Source: a virus
Lineage: Duplodnaviria; Caudoviricetes
Reading direction: 5' to 3' (one strand)
DNA length: 41,477 nt
IMG/VR virus record: IMGVR_UViG_3300020016_000021
Span: 1 to 41,477 of that record
The notes under the pieces were generated by a model. The model did not search any database, had not been told where the DNA came from, and worked only from the letters and a program-made list of their open reading frames with translations. Positions 1 through 7,800 of this stretch are shown in pieces. The position numbers were made by a program, and so were the translations under genes. The stretch's first letter is position 1. Each line of letters starts with the position of its first letter.

Positions 1-164
1 GTGACCTCCTTGGCGGCGCGGTCGGCAACCCCCGAGAGCACGCGGAGAACGATCCGCTCGAAGTCCCCTGACTCGAAGGCCGTCGGTTCCGACTCGAACT
101 CGAGGATCCGGAAGGCCTTGACGATCTCCTCGCGCACGATGCGCCGGACGTCGCTCTCTTCCAT
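1..164 (-). CDS. Hypothetical protein, runs off the window edge (MEESDVRRIVREEIVKAF...)
   Basis: ATG at 164 overlaps the TGA of the upstream gene (TGATG); frame is open to base 1. Confidence 0.6.
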   Translation of the reverse strand, partial: MEESDVRRIVREEIVKAFRILEFESEPTAFESGDFERIVLRVLSGVADRAAKEV

Positions 165-367
165 CAGTGGCCCTCTCCGTCCCGCGCTGCGGGCAGGTCC
201 ACGATGTCGGCGGGGGCGTCGGGGCTGTGGAGCTCACGGTCCTGGCGAGCCATCCGCCTGCGGAACATCAGCTCGTTGATCAGGTAGCTCGCGACTGCGG
301 TGAACCCGCCTACGAGGATCCCCAGTACAGCGACCACGCCCCACTGCGCTGCTGTGAGCTCGTGCAT
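164..367 (-). CDS. Small membrane protein
   Basis: 67 aa with an N-terminal hydrophobic helix (WGVVAVLGILVGGFTAVASYL); GAAGGG RBS. Confidence 0.7.
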   Translation of the reverse strand: MHELTAAQWGVVAVLGILVGGFTAVASYLINELMFRRRMARQDRELHSPDAPADIVDLPAARDGEGH

Positions 368-391
368 GGCTGTGCCCTTCTCTGGTTGGTG

Positions 392-438
392 TGGAGTGCC
401 CCGGGCGGGAGTCGAACCCGCCCTGCGACCTTCGGGGC
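392..438 (-). ncRNA. tRNA-like minihelix (acceptor stem plus T-arm, no D or anticodon arm)
   Basis: Minus strand reads GCCCCG-AAGGTCGCAG-GGCGGG-TTCGACT-CCCGCC-CGGGGC-ACTCCA, intergenic. Confidence 0.55.
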
Positions 439-445
439 TGTACTG

Positions 446-1240
446 CTAGATGGGCTTGGGGATGTGGTTCTCGGCCGTCTGCAGGATGGTGTTGAGCTCG
501 CGGCCCTCGCGCACCGCGTTCCACGCCTTGATGAAGTAGGCGATCTGAACGAACGGGGGCACCTTCTTGAGGTTGGCCTGGTCCCGCATGAGCCGCTCGC
601 GCAGTGTCAGGACGGGGTCGCCGAGGTCCATGTTGGCGCCGGTTTCGATCCGGGCGAAGAACTCGGCCGCGTCGCCCTGATCGATCCTGTGGAACAGGTG
701 GTGAGCGATGCCGGTGGTGGTCGCGCTGGCGGGCCGGAAGTGGCCGTTGACGCGGGACCCGATCTCGGCCGACCGGCGCAGCGAGGGGTTGGCGTCCAGG
801 TGGGCGCGTAGCTCTCCGGGCGTGGGGGCCAGGTGGTTGCCGAACTTGTGGTTGCCGCTGTCCCACATCCATGTGCGCCGGGCGACCGATGCGAGGACGT
901 TGACGTTGATCTCGCCCCGGAGCTTCCAGGCGTCGGCCGTGGTGCGCTTGCGGCCGAGGTCCATGGTCTCCTGCGTGTCGTTGGGCAGGCCCTGGACGAC
1001 GAGCATGCTGACGGGGGTCTCGGCCTCGATGACCGCGCCGAGACGGTGCTGACCGTCCAGCAGCGTGCCGTCCTCGGCCCGCTTGATGGCTTCGCCGTTC
1101 ATGCGCCATTCGCCGTTGGCGATGGCCCGGGCCAGCTCGGTTACCCGGCGGGTGTTCAGGTTGCGGTTGCGCTCGTTCTCGGAGAGCCAGAGCTTGGCCA
1201 GCTCGGGAGTGACGTACTTGATCTCGGATGTGATGCTCAC
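446..1240 (-). CDS. ParB/Srx-like N-terminal domain protein
   Basis: VTPELAKLWL..N..NR..., LARAIANGEW..NGEAI, LLDGQHRL motifs; has its own promoter upstream. Confidence 0.75.
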   Translation of the reverse strand: MSITSEIKYVTPELAKLWLSENERNRNLNTRRVTELARAIANGEWRMNGEAIKRAEDGTLLDGQHRLGAVIEAETPVSMLVVQGLPNDTQETMDLGRKRTTADAWKLRGEINVNVLASVARRTWMWDSGNHKFGNHLAPTPGELRAHLDANPSLRRSAEIGSRVNGHFRPASATTTGIAHHLFHRIDQGDAAEFFARIETGANMDLGDPVLTLRERLMRDQANLKKVPPFVQIAYFIKAWNAVREGRELNTILQTAENHIPKPI

Positions 1241-1310
1241 GGTGATGCTCCCTTTGGGTTCGGGACGGGTTGCCCGGGGTTCCGGCTCTTCATCTGCCGG
1301 AACCCCTTGG

Positions 1311-1353
1311 CGATGACTTAAATCTACGGCAGGTCTGAGGGTCTGTCAACCCC
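1311..1353 (-). promoter_or_regulatory. Conserved early promoter, copy 1 (TTGACA-N17-TAGATT-TAAGTCATCG)
   Basis: Minus strand GGGGTTGACA-gaccctcagacctgccg-TAGATT-TAAGTCATCG; an 11-bp hairpin follows at 1276-1306. Confidence 0.85.
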
Positions 1354-2992
1354 TGACGTGACGGTCGAAGACCGAGGCGCCAATCCGCTGGTCAATGACC
1401 TCGTGCAGCTGGCCCTTGCGCATGCGCTCTGCGGTGTCGCGGGGGATCCCGTACCGCAGCGCAAGGCTGATCTGCGCCGGGGAGGGCTTGGTGGCGCGCC
1501 ACTTGGCCGAGCGCCGCTGGTTGAACCCCGCGTCGGCCTCATAGTCCTCGGCGACCGCCTCTCCCCAGGCCATGGCCTCACCGAGCCCCAGGGCCGTGTA
1601 GCGGGTGTGCTCGTACGACCAGCCGCGACCGCCCTTGCGGGCCAGCTTGACGCTCCACAGCCCCTCAGAGCCCTTCGTGGGCGCCAGGTACACGAGCGTG
1701 TCCCCGCACCTGATGAACAGCACTCCGGCGGGCGTACGGATCCAGGCATGGTCGGAGCTGGCAAACGAGGAGACCTCGCGCATCTTCAGCTCGAAGGCCA
1801 TGGACCCCGCAGGGACCTTGACGTTGGCTTCCTCCTCCTCCCGGATGACCGCCTCGGCCAGCGACTCCCCGTCCCGCACCTCCTCAACCTGACCGGGCTC
1901 CAGATCAATGAGGGTGCGCAGCTGGTTGGCCGACGCCCCCACCAGGTCAAGAACCAGGGCCTCGGTCTTGCCCGGGTACGGCCGCAGCACACGGCCCACC
2001 ATCTGGGTGTACAGCGGAGCGGACCGCGTAGGCCGGGCGATGACGGCCACCTCGGCCTGCGGCATGTCGAAGCCCTCGGTGAGGACCATGCAGTTGACCA
2101 TGACCTGGATCTTCCCCGTGCGGAACCGCTCGTAGATCCTCTGGCGATTGTCCCTCGGGGTCTCGCCGCTGATGAAGTTGGCCAGGACGCCTGACTCGTT
2201 GAGCGCTTCGGCTGCTGCCTCGGCCGTCTCCACCGTCGGAGTGAACACAATCCCCTGACGATCGCCTGCGTGCTGCTTGTAGGCCCGTGCGATGGCCGTG
2301 TCGGCCTGCGCGTCCATCATGGCTTTGCCGAGGTCCCCGGTTTGCCAGTCGCCCCGCGACGCCTTCACCGCGCCGAGGTCAAGCGCCTGCAGGTCCACCC
2401 GCTGGGTACGGACGTCGGTCAAGTAGCCCTTGGAGATCATCCAAAGAATGGACCGCTGGTAGACCACGTCCTCCCACACCTTGCCGAGCCCCACTCCGTC
2501 GCCGCGTGCCATGGTGGCCGTCACGCCAAGCTGGAGCGCGTCGGGGAACGCGTCGTAGATCTTGCCGTAGGACGCTGCAGCCGCGTGGTGGCATTCGTCG
2601 GTGATGACCAGGCCAATCTTGCCTACGTGCTGCGCACGGGTGACCAGGTCCCTGCGCCGGGCGCTGGCTAGGGTCTGCACCGAGCAGACCATGACGTCGG
2701 CGTACACGTCGTTGTCCTCGGCTTTGACTTTGCCGACGTTCGCGCCCGGCATGAGCGCCCGGATCTTGGCGATGGCTTGATCAACGAGCTCGTCACGGTG
2801 GGCCAGGACCATGACTCGGCTGTGACCCGCCGCCTTGAGGGACACGAACTGCTTGATCAGGGAGGCGAACACGACGGTCTTCCCGGCCCCCGTGGGGAGG
2901 ACGATGGCCGGACGGCGCATGCCCTCCCCCCAAGCGGCGAACACTGCGTCGATGGCCTGGCGCTGGTAGTCGCGCAGCTTGATCTCAGTCAC
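1346..2992 (-). CDS. SF2 DEAD/DEAH-box DNA helicase
   Basis: Q motif LRDYQ, Walker A PTGAGKT, DECHH, TAT, LTEGFD, QMVGRVLR; GTG start at 2992 overlaps the upstream stop. Confidence 0.92.
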   Translation of the reverse strand: MTEIKLRDYQRQAIDAVFAAWGEGMRRPAIVLPTGAGKTVVFASLIKQFVSLKAAGHSRVMVLAHRDELVDQAIAKIRALMPGANVGKVKAEDNDVYADVMVCSVQTLASARRRDLVTRAQHVGKIGLVITDECHHAAAASYGKIYDAFPDALQLGVTATMARGDGVGLGKVWEDVVYQRSILWMISKGYLTDVRTQRVDLQALDLGAVKASRGDWQTGDLGKAMMDAQADTAIARAYKQHAGDRQGIVFTPTVETAEAAAEALNESGVLANFISGETPRDNRQRIYERFRTGKIQVMVNCMVLTEGFDMPQAEVAVIARPTRSAPLYTQMVGRVLRPYPGKTEALVLDLVGASANQLRTLIDLEPGQVEEVRDGESLAEAVIREEEEANVKVPAGSMAFELKMREVSSFASSDHAWIRTPAGVLFIRCGDTLVYLAPTKGSEGLWSVKLARKGGRGWSYEHTRYTALGLGEAMAWGEAVAEDYEADAGFNQRRSAKWRATKPSPAQISLALRYGIPRDTAERMRKGQLHEVIDQRIGASVFDRHVRG

Positions 2993-3167
2993 GGCGCACC
3001 TCCCACTTGCCCCAGCCCTCGTCGACGGTGTATCCGGCCTGTGCAACCCGGTGCGTTTCGCCCACGTAGACCCAACTGCCATCCCGTTCGATGAAGGGGT
3101 CATAACCGGCGTCTTTCAGCTCGTTCATCACTGCGGCCAGCTTCTCGGCCGCTTCCTGCTCCGTCAT
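2985..3167 (-). CDS. Hypothetical protein
   Basis: 60 aa, coupled start/stop overlaps, GAGG RBS. Confidence 0.7.
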   Translation of the reverse strand: MTEQEAAEKLAAVMNELKDAGYDPFIERDGSWVYVGETHRVAQAGYTVDEGWGKWEVRRD

Positions 3168-3232
3168 CGCACGTCCTCTGATCGCTTGCTTGACCCCTTG
3201 CAGACGGGGCGCCGGGTGACTCCGGTCTTCAC
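3164..3232 (-). CDS. Putative 22-aa micro-ORF (MKTGVTRRPVCKGSSKRSEDVR)
   Basis: Fills the gap exactly, with GTGA and ATGA 4-bp overlaps at the two ends. Confidence 0.45.
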   Translation of the reverse strand: MKTGVTRRPVCKGSSKRSEDVR

Positions 3233-3447
3233 TCGCCCATCACCTGCACGCTCTGCTTGCACCAACCCGAGTCGCAGACGGTGACGCCGGGATACTTGGC
3301 GTGGAAGGCGTCCGCACAACGGTGCTCAACCACCTCCGGCTCGCGCTCGTGCTCCCAGGGGGAGGCTGTGGTCTGTACGTACGAGGTTCCGGGGTGGTCC
3401 AGACTCGGTTCACCGAGCATGAAGAACACCCAGATGCTGACGATCAT
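3229..3447 (-). CDS. Hypothetical protein
   Basis: 72 aa, ATGA overlap with the upstream gene. Confidence 0.65.
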   Translation of the reverse strand: MIVSIWVFFMLGEPSLDHPGTSYVQTTASPWEHEREPEVVEHRCADAFHAKYPGVTVCDSGWCKQSVQVMGE

Positions 3448-3647
3448 CGCTTCGTTCCCTTCGGCGTTTGTGCCTTGGGTGCAGCAGGCTTGGGGGCCTG
3501 CGGCTTGAGGGTCTTGCGGGGCTTGGCGCGGTCAATGTCCAACTCGATACCCGGAGCGTCCGGCGCGGGGGCCGAGCACTGGCCGAGCATCATCACGGCT
3601 GCGATGACCACGCTGAGCAGCAGCAGTCCGGCGATCAAGTGCTTCAC
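3444..3647 (-). CDS. Small membrane or secreted protein with a Pro/Lys-rich tail
   Basis: GTG start with AGGAG RBS; hydrophobic N-terminus KHLIAGLLLLSVVIAAVMMLGQC. Confidence 0.65.
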   Translation of the reverse strand: MKHLIAGLLLLSVVIAAVMMLGQCSAPAPDAPGIELDIDRAKPRKTLKPQAPKPAAPKAQTPKGTKR

Positions 3648-3973
3648 GGCTTGCTCTCCTGCCATCGGGCTTCCCAGGCTTCTTCGATCTCGCGGTTGGC
3701 GCCGCAGCGGATGCAGCAGTTCGACCGGTTGTACTCGTGGGAGGCGTACGTGACGCCCCACGTGGTCACGCAGACGTACCAGCGGCCCTGCGCCTTCACG
3801 GTGCGCGTGCCGTTGCGGATGTCCCTGCTGCGGCCCTTGTCGTAGGCCCTGCGCCATGCCTGGCACTCCCAGCACCGGCACTTGAACCACCGGTGGGCTA
3901 AAGAGCTGCCATGCCTGACGCCCTTGGGCAGCGACACGGGCGGTTGGGGCGGGTGACGTGGGGCGGGGCTCAC
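3644..3973 (-). CDS. Cys/His-rich hypothetical protein (HG...CRCxxC)
   Basis: GTGA overlap with the LuxR-like gene; RHG..FKCRCWECQ and CIRC motifs; contains a TTA codon. Confidence 0.6.
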   Translation of the reverse strand: MSPAPRHPPQPPVSLPKGVRHGSSLAHRWFKCRCWECQAWRRAYDKGRSRDIRNGTRTVKAQGRWYVCVTTWGVTYASHEYNRSNCCIRCGANREIEEAWEARWQESKP

Positions 3974-4329
3974 TTCGGCAGCAGCTTCTCTGCGCGCTGC
4001 TCCAGCATGGCTGCCAGACCTTCGACCACGTGGTTGGTGTGCTCTTCCGTCTCGCCGAGGGGTTGGCGGATGATGCCCTGGGCTCGCAAGAGCTTCGCGG
4101 CTTTGCGGTAGGCCTCCACCGTGGCGTACACGCCGACCGCCTGTGCCGAGGTGTCGCACTTGAGCTTGAAGGTGATGCGGCGCGCCTCCTCCCGGACGAT
4201 GGAGAGGTGCAGGCCGTACTCCCGGGAGATCTCGGCGTGGCGCAGGCCGTCTGCCAGGCCTTCCAGCACAGTCATCTGGCGGACCGTGAGGGGTCCTTCT
4301 CCGATGCGTCGGCCGGGTTCGTTCGGCAT
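3970..4329 (-). CDS. LuxR/GerE-type HTH DNA-binding protein
   Basis: PLTVRQMTVLEGLADGLRHAEISREYGL..IVREEARRITFKL...AQAV pattern; AAGGAG RBS. Confidence 0.8.
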   Translation of the reverse strand: MPNEPGRRIGEGPLTVRQMTVLEGLADGLRHAEISREYGLHLSIVREEARRITFKLKCDTSAQAVGVYATVEAYRKAAKLLRAQGIIRQPLGETEEHTNHVVEGLAAMLEQRAEKLLPK

Positions 4330-4368
4330 GGTTGACTCCTTCTTCTCGGCCTCCCTGACCGGGTGGCT

Positions 4369-4411
4369 CGATGACTTAAATCTACGGCCAACCTCGAGCC
4401 GTGTCAACCCC
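4369..4411 (-). promoter_or_regulatory. Conserved early promoter, copy 2
   Basis: Minus strand GGGGTTGACA-N17-TAGATT-TAAGTCATCG. Confidence 0.85.
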
Positions 4412-4436
4412 TGGCAAGACGCGTACCCTGATCACC

Positions 4437-4661
4437 ATGGACACAGAGAACGCGCGCGTAACGCGCAAGGAAGCCGCCGAGCTCGCAGGCGTGGCAGAGC
4501 GCACCATCAACCGGTGGGCGCAGCGAGGGCTGCTCAAGGTGCACCGTCCCGACGGTCCCTGGGGGCTGGCCTACTTCGACGCTGAGGAGGTGCTGCGGGT
4601 GCAGAGCCGACCGGTGGTGCAGCTCGAGCTGCCGCTCCCCGAAACGGACATCTCGACCTAG
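4437..4661 (+). CDS. MerR/excisionase-like HTH protein, probably leaderless
   Basis: VTRKEAAELAGVAERTINRWAQRGLL; -10-like TACCCT ends 7 nt before the ATG; no RBS. Confidence 0.8.
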   Translation: MDTENARVTRKEAAELAGVAERTINRWAQRGLLKVHRPDGPWGLAYFDAEEVLRVQSRPVVQLELPLPETDIST

Positions 4662-4681
4662 AGGATCCTACGAAAGACAGC

Positions 4682-4774
4682 TCCTAGACGGGTAAGACAG
4701 CTATTCCGGTTAACCCTAGGATAGAGTTCCTTACGTGAGGTGTTAACCGAAGTAGCTGTCTTACCCGTCTAGGA
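4682..4774. repeat. Long inverted-repeat element A (candidate replication origin)
   Basis: 22-bp perfect arms TCCTAGACGGGTAAGACAGCTA (4682-4703 and 4753-4774), extendable to 33 bp with 2 mismatches, 27-nt spacer; lies just upstream of the replicase gene. Confidence 0.9.
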
Positions 4775-4881
4775 CGTAGCTAGCTGCAGGTCAGGACCCC
4801 TCACAGCAGACCGCCCCCGAACCTCAGAGAGGCACCGGGGGCGGCAGCGCGCACCGTCAGACACGCACCAGAAGGGTACCA

Positions 4882-7800
4882 ATGGAGATCACCGTTGCTC
4901 TCTCCGAGGAGCACTACTGTGAAGTCACCCTCGACTCGGCCATCTCGCCCGACGTCGCCATCTCACGCGGCTACCGCACCCTCACCGGGACCGGCGAAGA
5001 CCGGGACCTGCTGAACGAGCTCGGCTTCAAGCCGTACGTCTGGAACCGGGACGACGCCTATCCCGGCCTGCTCATCCCCATGCACGACGCGTCGGGCGCC
5101 GTGAACGGCCACCAGTTCAAGCCCGCGGTGCCCCGGACAGGCAAGCTCAAGCAGGACGGCACGTACGCGGTCGTCAAGTACGAGTCGCCCAAGGGCTCCC
5201 ACAACGTCATCGACGTGCCGGAGTACACCCGCAGCGTCCTTGCCGACACCTCGGTGCCCCTCTGGTTCACCGAGGGCATGAAGAAGACCGACGCGCTCGT
5301 CTCCCAGGGCCGCGCCGCCCTTGGCCTCACCGGGGTCTTCAACTGGAAGGACCGCGTCAACGGCATCGTCGGGGACTGGGAGGCCATTCCCCTCAAGGGC
5401 CGCCCCGCGCTCGTCTGCTTCGACGCGGACGCAGCCGCCAACCGGTTCGTGCAGCTGGCCATGGGCCGCCTGGGCAACTGGCTGAAGTCCAAGGGCGCCA
5501 CCACCGTCGGTTACGTGATCGTCCCCACCCACGTCGGGGAGCAGCCCGTCAAGGGCGTGGACGACTTCTTTGCCGCCGGGGGCACCCTCGAGGAGTTGGA
5601 GAAGGTCACCTCCACCACCCCGCCCGGCGCCTCGGAGAAGGACGCTGCGTTCACCGACGCCTTCCTTGTCGAGGATCTGGCCGACGCGCTCACCGGACAG
5701 TTCTGCTGGGCTGCGGGCTTGTCGTGGCTGCGCTGGAACGGGCAGGTCTGGAAAGCGGTTTCCGACGTCGAACCGCTGGAAGCCGTCCGCCTGTGGGCCT
5801 CTGCCCAGTTCGACGCGGTCTGCGACGAGCAGAAGCGGGACCGGTCCAAGCCCCTGGACGCCAAGATCTCCGGATGGCGCGCCGTCCTCGGCCGCGCCCG
5901 GTTGACATCCCTGCGCGACCTGTCCCGGGGCCTGCTCCAGCGGGACTCGGCCGAGTTCGACGGGGACCCGGACCTCCTCACGGTCGGCAATGGCACTGTG
6001 CATCTGCCGACTGGCAAGCTCCTGCCGTTCAACCCCGAGCACTGCATCACCAAGCAGGCCAGTGCCGACTACCGCGCAGACGCGCGCCACCCCAGCTGGG
6101 ACACGGCTCTGCGCGCGGTGCCCGAGGACATGCACGAGTGGTTCCAGGACCGCCTTGGGCAGTCCCTGACCGGCTACATGACCCCCGACCACATGATGGT
6201 GATCGCCCACGGCGGCGGCTCGAACGGCAAGAGCACCGTGATGGAGGTGGTCCGCAAGACTCTGGCCGACTACGCCGTACTGGTCTCCGACCGGGTGCTC
6301 ATGGCCAGCCCCGACGCGCACCCCACCGAGCTCATGGACTTCCGTGGCGCCCGGTACGCGCTGATGGAGGAGACCCCCGAGGCCCGCCACCTGAACGTGC
6401 AGCGCCTCAAGCAGACCGTGGGCACACCGACGATCAAGGCTCGCCGGATCCGCATGGACCCGGTGGAGTTCATCGCCTCTCACAGCCTGTTCATCAACAC
6501 CAACTACCGGCCGACCGTCACCGAGACCGACCACGGCACCTGGCGCCGCCTGTCGCTGATGCCTTGGCCGTTCACCTTCCGCAAGCCCGGACAGCCCCTC
6601 ACGGGCCCGTACGACCGCGTGGGCGATCCCGCGCTCGCGTACGCGGCCGGGGACGCGGCAGTGCGGTCGGCCGCGCTCGCATGGATGGTCGCGGGTGCGC
6701 GGGCCTGGTACGAGCGCGGGCGGATGATGCTGCCGGTGCCGGAGCGCGTGGAACGCGAGACGCGGGATTGGCGCGCGGAGACCGACCTCGTACTCGGCTT
6801 CACGGACGACATGCTCCGCTTCACCCCGGAAGCGTTCGTGCAGACGCAGGACATGCTCAAGGCGTTCAACGACTGGTCGGCCGACCGCGGTCACCGGCCG
6901 TGGAACGACCGCACGTTCGCCTCGAGGTTCGGCGCCCACGACGCGGTGCGCGCGGCCAAAGTCACGCAGGGCCGCTTCTCCGTCGGGGGGAAGCAGCAGA
7001 GGGGATGGATGGGTGTGGAGATCAAGACGAACGGCATTGACCCCTGGACGGGCGAGCGGGACGAACCCCCGGCGCCGGATCTGGCACCGAACGAGTTCAT
7101 GCACGAGGGCGACGTCTGGGAGATCACGGAGGTACCCCGCGAGGTTTCCCCGCTTGCGCCTGACGCGTGTGCTACGTGCTCCGACTACCGGTGCACCGGC
7201 TGTTCGGGCGACCCGGTCACGCTCGGCTTCGACCTCGAGACGGCCGACGCCGACAAGCTGTTCACCGGCGGTCACGAGGGGCCGTTCGTCCGGCTGCTGG
7301 GCCTGGTGGAGGACGGTACGGGCGGACCGTTCAAGGACGGCACCGCCATCGGCCGGTCCGCCGACGCACTCATCGGCTCGCTGGACTCCGCCGACGTCAT
7401 CTACGGGCACAACATCCTCGGCTTCGACCTGCTCGCCCTGGCCCACCACCACGGTGCCGACTACGACGCGCTGGCTGCGAAGGCCGTGGACACGCAGGTG
7501 CTGGCCAAGCTGATCGACCCGCCGCTGTCCAAGGGCATGCCGAACGGGTACTACGGCCTGGATCAGGTGGCGCAGCGGCTCGGCCACGAGGGCAAGACAG
7601 ACAACCTGCGGGACCTGGCCAAGCGCTACGGCGGGTACGACCGGATCCCGCTGGACTCCCGGGAGTATCAGGACTACCTGCGCGGCGACCTGGCTGCGAC
7701 CAGGGCCGTGTACGAGGGCCTGCGGATGCTGCGCATGGGCGCAGAGGGCAGCAGCCCGGACAACCGGACCATCGCCCACGCCGAGCGCGAGATGGAGATC

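Noticed and set aside
4682-4774. Protelomerase (telRL) site or transposon ends
   Set aside because: Arms are separated by a 27-29-nt non-palindromic spacer, and no protelomerase or transposase gene is recognisable
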